In this document: positions 11,791 to 23,764 of the stretch, in pieces | How the letters are laid out: the number at the start of each line of letters is the position of its first letter | How positions within the stretch are numbered: the first letter of the stretch is position 1 | Assembly: GCF_001194135.2 (NCBI RefSeq) | Contig: NC_068995.1 | Location: 55,749,717-55,796,856, forward strand | Source of the DNA: Octopus bimaculoides | Lineage: Eukaryota | DNA: 47,140 nucleotides | Direction of reading: 5' to 3' | The notes under the pieces: generated by a model | Seen by the model: only the letters and a program-made list of their open reading frames with translations | Databases searched by the model: none | What the model was told of the DNA's origin: nothing | Made by a program: the position numbers and the translations under genes

Positions 11791-13164
11791 CTCAGGAAAG
11801 AAAAAGAAAAGAAGACAGAAATAGGAATTGAAACAGAGAACATAAGAGGAAAGAGAAAGACTGCTTTTAAATGTGTTCATGAATGAGAAGATGATCATAT
11901 TTGAGTGTCTGAGAATGTGTACGAATAAACTTTAGCATGATGTGTGTGTGTGTGTGTGTGTATGTGTGTGAGAGAGAGAGAGTGTGTATAGTGCAAACAT
12001 TAGTGCTTGTATAAGAATGTGACAGCGAGTGGGCATTTTTGCATGTGATCAGCTGCAAGTATTAGGCATGCATGAATGTGTGTATAAGCATGATAGTATG
12101 AATGCGAGGTGTATATAGATAAAGAGAAGTACAAGGAAGTATGTTGAGTGAATGTGAGCAAATGTGAACGTGTGTGTGTGTGAGTGAACGACACAGCATA
12201 ACTGTGTATCTATACAAATGTGACAATATGAGCGTGTTTGTATGAGGACTGATTTGTTGGTCTTTTTCTTTTTCGGTATTTCTATGCTTGGATGACTTGA
12301 TGGCATTTCTACTGAAGCAATGTTCCTGCTGAGTTTTGAACCGTCATTCTCAGATTTTCCCCGTTCAGGATCACAACCTAACATCCTGTCGTAAAAGGCA
12401 ATGGGTCACCATAAAAGGCATTACAAATATAGCTTGACCAATCAGCACCAAATGGCTTATAGTTGATGTAGCAAACTCCAAATGAAGTGTGTTTCCCCAC
12501 TAAACAGCTAGATAGAAAGTTCTAGAAATTTTAGCTAATGATTATAAAAGCTGACAAACCCAACCTCAGACCAGAGCTACCCAGCAATGCACATGAAGCG
12601 ATATCCACATAGGATCTGCTTTAAACAATACAATCTACATACTTTCAATATCCTTATTAAAAATGAGAAATTTAAAAAATCATAATTTACTTACAGTCAA
12701 AATAATAATACTGGGAGGTTTCATGGGGTAATCTGGTGGAAGTACAATACGGCCATGGAAAATTCCACCATCAAAATCCGTATCAATTGGACCGCGAATT
12801 GTGAAATGCCACTCAAATAAGTTATCCTAAAAAAAGAGACAAATAATACATCAATTTTATTTCTCACCATTAATGACCTTTCCAAATCAAACAGAAAAAG
12901 AGAAAAAACACGAAGATGACATATTTCAATCATGTAGAACTTGCATGGTTTTATTTAAAAGCAATATAATATTCATAGGGTTTTGGGGAAGAATTTTTAT
13001 GACATAATATAGAAATATTTATGGCTATGTGGTTAAGAAGTTTGCTTCCCAACCATGTGTTCAGGTTCGGTCCTGCCCCTTTGAGTGGCACCTTGGACAA
13101 GTGTCATCAGCAATAGCCCCAGGTCAATCTTGTGAGCGGATTGGGTCCAAACTGGAAGAAGACC

Positions 13165-13210
<46 letters not shown>

Positions 13211-14131
13211 CACATATATAAGACATTCCTGGAAGCTGGTATCATCATCATCGTTTAACGTCCATTTCCATGCTGGTATGGGTTGGAAGCTTTGACTGAG
13301 GTCTGGAGAGCTCCACCAGGCTCCAATCTGATTTCACAATGTTTCTACAGCTGGATGCCCTTCCTAAGGCCAACCACTCCAAGAGTGTAGTGGGTGTCTT
13401 TTTTTCTTGCCACCTGCACTGGAACCAGTCTGGGGGAACTGGCCACAGCTGTGATTTTGGTTTTACTTGACTCAACAGGTCTTCTCAAGCACATCATATC
13501 ACCCGACGCATCAAGGATACTCTTAAATGGGCTGGACACGCATCACTGGCATTGAAAAAAATAAAAAGGAGTACTGGTGGAATGTCCCAGTGAAAACCTC
13601 AATAAAATGTAAGCACAACAGACCTGATATAATGGTTTGGGATAGAGAAGAGAAACTGTGCACAGTTGTGGAAATTAGCTGCCCAGCGGATGTTCACATA
13701 AAGCTGAAGATGAGTAAAAAAGTGAACACCTACGCTGAACTATTGAGAAATCTGCAGTTACTCTATCCAGGTTACAAGGTCAGGTTTATATCTGTAATTA
13801 TTGGGGTCCAGGGATATGTAACACACTGCCTAAATACCAATCTTGCGAAATTAGGCTTTTCAAAACCACAAAGGGGAAAGCTAATTCGAAGATTACAGAT
13901 TCAATCCATCACTGGAACAGTGAAAATCTGTAAAACTTTCCAGAAGTTTAGATATGCATCTAAATGCATGAAAATACATACATAAAACAAAACATACAAA
14001 TCTGCACATAGACATACAAACAAAAATAGGCTGCTGCTGATGTTGAAATTCCAGTGAAGGAGCCTTGAATCTAGGTTAGAAACCGACTCTTTCTCTATTG
14101 GCAAGAAATCTTGAAATAAAACTGAACAATG

Positions 14132-14184
<53 letters not shown>

Positions 14185-14418
14185 GTGTACTATTTGATTA
14201 TTAATGGGACCAACAGAAAAGCTACTGCATGCAATGAAAGATAAATATAATTTAATATAAAAAGGCTTTAAATGTCAGCTGCTCTAAGTTCCATACCTTT
14301 GATAATAGAACTGTCAGATGAGCTTGTATAGCATGAACCTAAATGATTACCTGATAGAACACAGCATGCTATAGAAGTATGTCTCACTATTGTACTATCA
14401 GAGCCAGATATCTTAACT

Positions 14419-14451
<33 letters not shown>

Positions 14452-15249
14452 CATAACTATACAGACAATACACATTATGCTAAAGCCAGTCTTCATGCAA
14501 GCTCTCAACCATACACTCCCACACAATGCAAACACACAACACAAGCTTAGCTTCTCGCCTACACATATCTCTAGCTATGAACATTTATCCCATCCTTAAC
14601 CACACACACATATAGCTATAGTGATTCTACTAGGGGGTTACATTAAGGGTACACATGACTGTGGAATACTCGGTTACTTATATGCTAAATCAATGAGTAA
14701 GTAGTTCGTTTTATCAAACAATTAACCTCCCATTGCCAAAAATAAAGGAGATCCATTCCCATTCACTTACGGTCGAGTGTTTGTATTTGACCAGTTCTGG
14801 ATATATTCAGATCTATTTGTGCTTTTGTGTATTCAAGAGAGAAAGACAGACGGGAATCAATACATTTGTTTATTCTGTGGCACTCATCACACATATATAA
14901 ATATGTATGTATGCATGCATGTATGTATGTATTTATATATGTCTGTGTGCATGAGTTTGTGTGTATGTGTTGTGCATGTGTGTGTATATACACATATATA
15001 TAAAAAGAGTAAGAGGTTAGCAACAGTACACTAGCTAAAACAGCATTTTGGCAGTTATAGATACATATGTACATACACACACACATGCACACACACACAC
15101 ACATACTCACATATGATGATGATGATGATGGTGGTGATGATGATGATGACAACGAATCTTCTGTTGAAGACATGTGTTCATTGAAGACACATCACCAGAC
15201 TAGCAAAAGGACATAGATACCGAACTGGTTATCTACATACTGAGAGAGA

Positions 15250-15288
<39 letters not shown>

Positions 15289-17270
15289 AAAATAATTTAT
15301 TATTCTAAGTAATTATGGCCGTGTGCTGTCCTGTTTCCTCAGAGGCTGATGGTCCATCCAGTCCTTCACTACACTCACTTCCATCCCTGTTCACTCAAAG
15401 TTGAGGAAAAAATGAGGAGGAGGAGAAAGAGCCAGGCTCATAAACATAACAAATGGAATGAACCAATGAGATGGAGCCTCTAGCGGGCCGGGTGATGCAG
15501 CTGCTAGAAATAGAAGTCACATCTCTCACAATATTTTCACATGACCAGACATGTTTTCATGGAAGGCTAGAAACGAATGGCAGCACAGGTATGACCGTAG
15601 CACTCAAGCATAACTCAGGTTTTGGCTAACCACATCGAACGATAAGGGATAACTGGGGATTATTTAAGGTAAACAATCTCATGGTATTTCACTTGTTGGA
15701 TCATAAACAGTTGGCCGAGTGTACATCACAGATTATTAAAATAAAGATGAAGAAATATACTTCTACGTGTTTCTTTTTTTATTATTATTACAGTATTTTA
15801 TTCATCCTGGTTAAAACATTTAACCAGGATGAACTAACAGGATGCAAAGAAACACCACATAACAAAATATCCATACAGCAGAAACATAAGCCAGACGGAG
15901 GTTTAAAGAGAATATATTGTATAAAAAGACTGTAACAATAAAAAAAATGGAGCTGATGTATAATTCTACAGGCTTCTTTCAGTTTTCATCTACGAAATAC
16001 ATTTACAATGCTTTGATTGACCTGATGCTATACAAGGGGGTGCTGAAAAGTTCCTGGCTTTAAAGGTATTGTGAAAGGGTTGGTTGGAAACCCAACCATC
16101 CGAGTTCTTTTACAGGGTTTAGAAAAACTGAAGGACCCCCTGCGATATGTGTGTGAATCTGAGAGGGGAATATGTTCAATAAAATCATAATTAAATAATC
16201 CTCTTGTATTTCCTTTTACCCAAAGCCAGGAACTTTTCAGTACCTGCTTCATATATTTGTCCAAGGCACCATGCAGGGAGACTGAACCCCAAAAATGTGA
16301 CTGAGAGGCAAACTTCTTAACCACATAGCTATATTTCAAAGAGTAAAATAAGCTCCTTACATCTAATGGTTGGGCATAGAATAACTCAGTTGGATCTTTC
16401 AGTTCTTGTGCCTCTTTCATTAGACGCTTCACAGCTGCAAAGAGAAAGAAAATAAACATTTAGACATTTTCTCACCAAGTAAAGATCACACACACACACA
16501 CAACATGAGTGCGGTCAAGGTATTGATCTCCTGACCGTATGGTCATTAATTCAGGCTCTACGACAGATGTTGTGACATGTCTCTAAACAAGGTCCACAGC
16601 TCGTTCAAAGCTGGTTGATTAACAATAACCATAGTAAACAGTCAACAGTAAAAAAAGATTTATGCAAGTATAAAAATTAACAACAACAACCAAAAGAAAA
16701 GACGTTGTAGTTATTAGCTGAATGTGAAAATGGGGATTTTAAATATTAGCCATCAATCCAAACAGTAACGAGATTGGACTCAAGAGGGACTCTTTACTCT
16801 TGGTGATGTCATGGCAAACTTTACAGCTGGTGCCAGGGAGAATGTATTCATTGCATTCTGTAAAATTGTCAGTGTTTGGAAGGACACCCAGCTGTAGAAA
16901 CAAAGCCAGAAAATGGGACGCAACATTGGAGGAAGATGTGGATCTGACCAGTTGAATTCTCTCAAAATGTTCCATCCGTGCCAGCATGGATAAGCAGATG
17001 TAGAATGATGATGTTGATGATGATGATATATACATGTATATATCTATGTGTGTGTGTGTATATATACATATATATATTCTTTTATTTGTTTCAGCCATTT
17101 TGACTGCGGCCATGCTGGAGCACCACGTTTAGTCGAGCAAATCGACCTCAGGAATTATTCTTTGTAAGCCTAGTACTTATTCTATGAGTCTCTTTCACCA
17201 AACCGCTAAGTTACAGGGATATAAACACACCAGCATCGGTTGTCAAGTGATGTTGGGGGGGCAAACACAC

Positions 17271-17327
<57 letters not shown>

Positions 17328-19193
17328 CACAACAGGCTTCTTTCAGTTTTTGTCGACTAAATCCACTCACAAGGGTTTGGTCAGCCCAAGGCTATAGTAG
17401 AAGACAATTGCCCTTCTACTATAGCCTGGGGTTATAGTAGAAGGCCCAATGTGCCACACAGTGTGACTGAACTCAGAACCATTGGGTTGGAAAGGAAACT
17501 TCTTACCACACAGCTAATCTTGGAATGACATTTCTCAAACAAATTTATTTGATTACATCTGCCAGCATGCCATAAAATCTATTCTAGAAGAGATGAGGCG
17601 AGTGGAGTGGTTGTGGTTATTCAACAATAAACAAAAAGCAAATAAAAAAATAAATAAACCAATGACCTTCTCATATGTTTAGTCCTCGCTTCTTAATCAG
17701 TTTAAGCAATCTCCTCTATGGCAACATTGATCTACTCAGACTGTATTTTAATCATAGCAAGATCAAATTCCCAACTTTCCAAACGTATCACCACAAAATT
17801 ACATGTTTCCATCACCTGACCCATTATCATTTTCCTATGCTGCAAAGTACACAATAGAACTGTTCTTGTTGTTGAGCTCCAAGACAGGCTTTTCTCATGA
17901 CCACAGACATTCTACCAATGACCATCCTGCCTTTTTTTTTTACACACAAAGTATGTACCAAGGGCTACACTTTCCGGTGTGTCATTCCATTTTTAAAACA
18001 GTAGGGTGCAAGTTAAGAAAGATTTGGCTGTTATTTCTAGCAGGCTGAACGACCAAGTAGAGGCTTCCTTATTGGTCTGTTCTTAACGCAATTGTTTTCT
18101 TAATAAGTTATTGTTTAACCCTAGGTCAGCCTTCATCAAGTGAATCAAAATGAAATACCTACCCCCAAAGGAAGTTTCTATGCAATCATTTGACCCACTA
18201 ATCTCAAATCTCACTTTTACTAACTTGAAAACAGGAGAGCACACATCAGATAAAATATACCCTAATATTAGAGAGAGAAAAACCAGGGTGGTCAAAGCTG
18301 AAATAGGTCTTGGTCATACATGATCAAGATTAACCTAAGGGGTCAAACAGCAGCAAGGATCTTTAAGTGGCATTTTATCTGTTTTAGCTTGCAAGTTTCA
18401 CAGTGAAGAAGGTTCTAAGTAAGCCACAGCCTTAAATGACTGAAGCCGATTTCATGTCATTGCATTAACAGCTGCTACAGTGTCAACGATTTATCCTATC
18501 TTTCTAAAGACAAGCAACATTATGTACGTTTCTGATCAATAGTGCTCATAATAAAGATATTGTTTAGGCAAGTCAGTGACAGAGCTTCAATTCTTAACAA
18601 TGGCAGAGATTCAGTTGTAAAGGCTTTGATATCTGGCATGATGTACTTTCTCACCCAACAATAATGCATTTAACTGAGAAAAGATGTTTATCTGAGCACT
18701 GTGGTTAAGGCTGCAGTTTGTCAGGCCAAAAATATTACCTTTGCTGTGCAACTCGTTAAACAAGCAATGGTCATATTCATTACTGAGTCAACTTCCATCA
18801 CATCATCATCATCATCATCATCAGTTTAATGTTCATGTTTCCATGCTTGCATAGGTCGGACAGAAATCATTGAGGCAGATTCTCTGCAGCTGGATGCGCT
18901 TCCTGTCACCAATCCTCAACTGTTTTCAAGCAAGCTAATATTCTGCTATGGCAGCACATGTTCATACAGAAGACATGAAACAAAGCACACTGCCAGAATG
19001 ACAGTGACGCTCATTATAACTATCCCAGAGCATGACAAGGAGACACAAACAGAGACGCATATACATATATACACACACACACAAACACATGCGTGTGTGC
19101 AATGGGCTTCTTTCAGTTTCTACATACCAAACCTGCACAGAACACTTCGGTTGGCCTGGGGCTATAGTAAGGTACGGAGCTTCTGATGTATGA

Positions 19194-19236
<43 letters not shown>

Positions 19237-21846
19237 TACATATCTGTGCGTGTGTCTTTAGTGTGTTGTGTTTATACCCCACCACAGCTTGACAATCGCT
19301 GTTGGTTTGTTCACAGCCTCCTAACTTAGCAGACCAGCAAAAGACTAACAGAATAAGAACCAGAATTAAAAAATATGTAGTGGGTGTGACTTATTTGACT
19401 AACCCTTCAAGGTGGGGGCCCCAGCATGGCCACAGTCCAATGAATGAAACAAGTAAAAGACAGAATATGTAGAATTATTACAAATTCATAGTTAGGAAAT
19501 GTATTAAAATTACTGTATTGGTGTTAAGACTTTAAACCATTCTTTTCAAATGGGTTTTTCATATTCTCCTTCTGTAAGCAAGTTTGGTAGTTTGACTTGT
19601 GTACAGAGGGATGAACAATGTCCAGATGTAATGCTTCTCACACAGAAGAATGAAAGAATAAAATAACTACACATAGACTGTATGTGGCATTAATTTATAA
19701 ATAGCTAAATATAACTACTAACTGAATATGGCATACTGGCTGTTTTCAAATGGCAATGTAGAAATATTATTGGGTTAATATTCTATTCAAATGCTATGAA
19801 ATACAATATTGAGAAGCTGGCTGAAGAGAATTATAGGACAGCAATCAAGTATGATTGATTGATTAATTGAATATTGAAAATTTCGACTATTTGATATAAA
19901 AAGTATCACCGAGATTATTATTTGGCCAGCTTTCATGAAGAGAGATTATTATTTAGCAAACTGAGAGGGGTCGGTGACAGATGGCTACAACACAGACTTA
20001 TAGAACAAATGTTAATGGTCTGTAATGATATAATGTGTATGCGTGCATAAGTCTGGGTATATGTGCAAGTGCGTGTGTGTATGTGTGCTTGTGTGTCTAT
20101 GTATGTAACAACCACAACTGACGAGAAAGATACTACAACATAAAAATCACCACCGACGATTTTTCATTACACACGTATACACAGCCATTAACAACCGCCT
20201 CAACATCCTTTATTTCATTATATATTTTCACTAACTCGACCTGCAAATTTCCCAAAGCTAACTCTTGTTTGCCAGAATTCTGTCTCTTCGTTCGACGTTA
20301 GATTTTAGTGATCTGGTCCGGTATGAGCACTTAATTGTCATTTTCTAAACATTAAACCTTTTCTATTATATGCCTGTTTTGACGTATCTTACTAATTATA
20401 TGCGTGTGTGTGTGTGTACATACATACATACATACAATGTACGTATAATGTTGTTGTTTTTTTTATTATTATTATACACGGAAACAGTCGGCTGACGGCC
20501 TACACTGTCCATGTTTTCCTTGTAAAAAAGAATAAGTATTCTTTAAAAGAAATAACGAGTAATATTTGAGTTTAATGTTGAATTGTTTTTATAAATGTTA
20601 ACTTCACATAGAAACATCACATAATAATGAAACATCACGTTTACATTACGCCCTTGACAAGAACATCACAACTTCTGCCAAATATTTGTTCGTACAGCAG
20701 TCACACAGGAAATTCATTGGCCTTTTTTGCTTCCTGAGTCAGAAGACGGACGGAATTTTGGGCAATGCAAGAATGAACGATCCAAAGAATCGTAGATAGA
20801 TATAAAATCCAACCGTATCACAAGTGATCGATTTTTCGATTGCTTCTTTAAAAAGGAATAATAACTCTGGCTAGTGTGAAGATTATATTAATATCGTCAT
20901 ATTATTAAGGCCATCGTAGACAATATCACGATTATTATTATTATTATTATTATTATCGAGCTAATAAAGGCCTCTATACGTGGTCAATCAACTTGCTAGA
21001 AAAGGCAGTTAGATTTCTCTCAAATTTCACCCTGCTGTCTTTAAAAGAATGTAGTACATCCTGAATAATGTAGTGTTAGTTACACTGTTTGCAGAAAGGA
21101 TGAGTTGCCACGGTTGGAATAGCTCGAACATTGTTGAAAAACAATGTTCGAGCTATTCCAAGGGTTACATAATAAACATATGACTACCATTATTATTTAT
21201 CGTTGCCAGTATTACCATATTAACACTGGAATCGACTTCGTCTTTCATTCTTCTTGGAGAGGGCGGGGTTGGGAGGTGAGATAAAAAAAAAAAACTAAGT
21301 ACCAGTAATATCTTAAGGTCGATCAATATAATTGGTAATAGTCTTACTTCTACAAACATTCAATTTTGTGCTAAGTCATAAGTAATTCATTATTATTATC
21401 ACCCGTCATTAGTGGTAGGAGCTGTCATTAAACAAATCATCAAATCTCTAAAATGACAAATCAAGAAAATAACACTATTATCATTCGTTATTTCATGTTG
21501 TTTTTTATGTAAGCCCTTGTGGCCAATAAAAGAATTCATTATTATTATTAATAATAACAAATACACGCAGACAGACTGGGAGGGGGACTTTGTTGTTCTC
21601 TTTTCTTTCTTTTTTGAGACACACCTATTTTGTTCTCTGCAACATTTTTTTTTTTTTTTCAGTTCAACATAAAAAAAAACGCTCCTCTCATCGAGGCCAT
21701 CACGAGAGCTATGTCAATGTATGCGATCAGTTTGGCATTTTTCTCAGTTACCATTATTATTATTAATAATAAAATCATAGAATTATGGCAGTAAGCTCAT
21801 GCTTTTAAAGCTTACCTGGACTACGCATGTTGTATTGGCTCTGCAT
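5201..21846 (-). CDS. UBE2J1: Ubiquitin-conjugating enzyme E2 J1 (Ubc6e), spliced gene; CDS join 21846-21816, 16434-16361, 12826-12695, 11404-11320, 8747-8642, 7461-7341, 6472-5201; 606 aa
   Basis: Spliced translation MQSQYNMRSPAVKRLMKEAQELKDPTELFYAQPLDDNLFEWHFTIRGP...PNGRFEVNKKICLSISGHHPESWQPSWSIRTALLAIIGFMPT matches the UBE2J1 UBC domain, including the catalytic Cys. The C-terminal TM anchor ends in LRRLY. All introns are GT-AG and phases are consistent (1821 nt total). Confidence 0.97.
7341..7461 (-). CDS. UBE2J1: UBE2J1 exon 6 (121 nt, SLCWKCPVCGSVNNVLKSLTDASKKTSEEAKDLASKINFQ)
   Basis: tgcag acceptor, gtgaga donor; CxxC and the EAKDLA..I.F segment align with vertebrate CEGCG and EAKELARQISF. 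Confidence 0.92.
8642..8747 (-). CDS. UBE2J1: UBE2J1 exon 5 (106 nt, IRTALLAIIGFMPTHGAGAIGSLDYTAEERKVLSKK)
   Basis: ccag acceptor, gtaagt donor; conserved RTALLAIIGFMPT and AIGSLDY. Confidence 0.96.
9436..9782 (+). mobile_element. tRNA-derived SINE family A copy
   Basis: tRNA-like head (..aagaagcttgcttcccaaccacatggttccaggttcagtccc) and tail ending ccagcatgg..tgactgaaacaagtaaaa. Many further copies or halves: 126-292, 13020-13165, 19240-19460, 22740-22880, 23335-23445, 29849-30172, 34290-34640, 40478-40615. Confidence 0.75.
10397..11160 (-). mobile_element. Decayed mariner transposon (5' TIR plus internally deleted transposase) in UBE2J1 intron 4
   Basis: TIR-like tattgggtcatctcataaataatgtgg ending at 11160. 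ATG at 10977; frameshifted MEVTKEHIWHILL..FNKGNNA..QWFQKF..GRSVE HTH, then WVPHKL, FLD, KWVLY, and further on YCKQLEWLKSALEEKRPSLVSR..DNA. Stops and deletions are present. Confidence 0.9.
11320..11404 (-). CDS. UBE2J1: UBE2J1 exon 4 (85 nt, PNGRFEVNKKICLSISGHHPESWQPSWS; catalytic Cys)
   Basis: ttcag acceptor, gtaggt donor, J-family PNGRF and ICLS motifs. Confidence 0.96.
12695..12826 (-). CDS. UBE2J1: UBE2J1 exon 3 (132 nt, DNLFEWHFTIRGPIDTDFDGGIFHGRIVLPPDYPMKPPSIIILT)
   Basis: ttag acceptor, gtaagt donor, UBC core motifs. Not present in the supplied ORF track. Confidence 0.96.
13551..14130 (+). mobile_element. 5'-truncated non-LTR retrotransposon 3' end with restriction-like endonuclease (R4/Dong/CRE-type)
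   Basis: YWWNVPVKTSIKCKHNRPDIMVWDREEKLCTVVEISCPAD..K...Y..L....VIIGVQG...GTVKICKTF is the PD-(D/E)xK REL signature. It is followed by a 3' UTR running into (CATA)n(CA)n(TA)n. Confidence 0.85.
16031..16248. mobile_element. Mariner-type MITE (~220 bp)
   Basis: TIR tacaagggggtgctgaaaagttcctggcttt with inverted aaagccaggaacttttcagtacc. Related copies at 28695-28914 and 40718-40938. Confidence 0.75.
16361..16434 (-). CDS. UBE2J1: UBE2J1 exon 2 (74 nt, AVKRLMKEAQELKDPTELFYAQPLD)
   Basis: ttgcag acceptor, gtaagg donor, family motif AVKRLMKEA. Confidence 0.96.
17080..17514 (-). mobile_element. SINE family A, near full-length, with internal (TA)n
   Basis: Reverse complement of the family A head and tail. 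Confidence 0.75.
21816..21846 (-). CDS. UBE2J1: UBE2J1 coding exon 1 (31 nt, MQSQYNMRSP)
   Basis: ATG at 21846-21844, donor CAG|gtaagc; resembles the vertebrate N-terminus METRYNLKSP. Confidence 0.92.
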
Positions 21847-22010
21847 CGCGACGACGATCTATTGCGAAGATTCTTCTTTGTTGCTCTGTCTTTCTTTTTT
21901 TGCTTTATTTGTTTCTTATCGGCTGTTAACAGTCGCTACGAGAAGACTAAGTAGGAATTATTAGACCATTTATCAGAGTCTTAAAAAGTGGTGGCTTTTG
22001 CTGAGAAACT

Positions 22011-22115
22011 ACGTGGCGATAACGTGGGACTTGTGAGAAATAGAACACAAGCGATACAGATGAAGCGACCAATGACGACACGGCTTAGAAACACCGTCCT
22101 TGGAATTCAGCCAAT
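22011..22115 (-). promoter_or_regulatory. Probable UBE2J1 proximal promoter: two CCAAT boxes and two ACGTGG (CCACGT) cores
   Basis: CCAAT at 22069-22073 and 22111-22115 and ACGTGG at 22011-22016 and 22022-22027, about 165-270 nt upstream of the ATG in a CpG-richer patch. Function is inferred. Confidence 0.45.
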
Positions 22116-22887
22116 CAGCTAAGCTCTCTTAAGTGTGTCTACGAACTTTTCATATAAATAAACCAGAGTTAACTCCCATGAAACTGTAATCATTGAAGTC
22201 CTACATTAATGGGTACTTTAGCCGGGTGAGTGCACTTTGTTGTATAATATGACTTAAAAAAGACACTTTCTTTATAAAGTGTACCGGATGTAGTCATGGA
22301 ATAAACAAACTACAGTTTAGGGTCTCAAAATAATTTATAGGCGTATACGTTTTCAATTTTTGTGAGATCTGTAGGCGATTTTTTTTTTCTTAAGCAAGAA
22401 CCTCTATCTTTCATAGCTTAGATCCTCTATAAGTTTAAACCGTATGCTTGGCCGAATTATTAGGATTGTCGATCCGCTGGCTGAAAGCCTGTTGTGAACA
22501 GTGAGTTTTACATTAGACATTCGTCCTTATTTACATTTCCGTGGTAGCACAGTGTCGAGTTCAAAGCCTCGCAGACTGACATGTCTCCCAAGCGTTTAGG
22601 AAACTTTGCAGAAAGCCCAGTCATACCTACAATGCTGAATGATATTCGGTAACCTATACAGCTCAAACTTTTGTAGAAAAGGCAACTGGAATAAAGTCCA
22701 TTCGACAGCTCTCTCTCTCTCTCTCTCTCCAAACACACACACAGTGTGATGAGAGTTTTGCTTCCCAACCACATGGTTTCGTGTTCAATTCCACTACGTG
22801 GTACCTTGGTTTAATACTTTATGCTAAAGCCTTAGGCAGCCCAAAGCCTTGTGTGTGAATTTGGTAGACGAAAACTGAAACAAACCA

Positions 22888-23038
22888 AGGCCGGTTTATG
22901 GGATTACTTTTGGTTTCAAGTCTATAAAGCGCTTTGCTTTACGGCGTATCATCAGGTCCCAAAACCTGTTGGTTTAGGGCCTCTTTAACGAGTTACCTCT
23001 CTAGACGTGAAACCAAAGGTAATTCCATAAACCGGCCT
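22888..23038. mobile_element. Small MITE-like inverted-repeat element nested in a SINE
   Basis: 31-bp arms 22888-22918 and 23008-23038 with 2 mismatches; interrupts a SINE that resumes near 23100. Confidence 0.55.
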
Positions 23039-23764
23039 ATTCTAACGTTTATATTATATACTGCTCTATAACTTAGATTGTGCTTCTTTTTCGGATTTAT
23101 GTTCTGCCAACGATATATATATATTGTGTGTGTTTGTGTGCGCGCGTGTTTATCTTTGTGATTCTGTTTCTCCCCGCCACTGCTAGGCAACTGCTGTTGG
23201 TTCCTTACGTTCCCGTAACGCAGCGGTTCGGCAAAAGTCACCGCTAGGGAAAGTACGAGACCTAAAAGATAAGTTCTGCAATCGATTTGTTTGACTTAAC
23301 TCTTCAAGGAGTTGCCGCAGCATGGTCTCAATCCAAAGCGTGGCTGTGTGGTAAGAAGCTTGCTTCCCAACCACATGGTTCCAGGTTCAGTACCACTGCG
23401 TGGCACCTTGGGCAAGTGTCTTTTACTATAGCCTCGCGCCGACCAAAGCTATTATAGCTATAATGAATCCATAGACAAACATACAAAACATCGAAGGGTA
23501 AAATTTTCCCCCTCTCAAGATATTATGCTCAGAAATATGAACTTGATATTAATAAATTCATGAGTATAACTGAAACAGCTGTAAGGGATAATGTTCAATT
23601 TCTTGTTCATAATAAACTTTTATTAACTTCACCATCTCCATTTTCTTCTTCTTCCGGACTTTTTCTTTGTAACCTTAGTACTTATGCTATCGGTCCCTTT
23701 TACCGAACCGCTAAATTACGGGCATGGTAGGGGACAAACAGAGACACATAAGTACATACATACA

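Noticed and set aside
11348-11898. 158-aa Lys/Glu/Arg-rich plus ORF and 177/153-aa Ser/Leu/Phe minus ORFs
   Set aside because: Translations of the (GA)n/purine tract in UBE2J1 intron 3, with no family motif.
23335-23445. tRNA-like sequences with A/B boxes
   Set aside because: They are SINE heads continuing into SINE bodies in many diverged copies; I could not form a cloverleaf.
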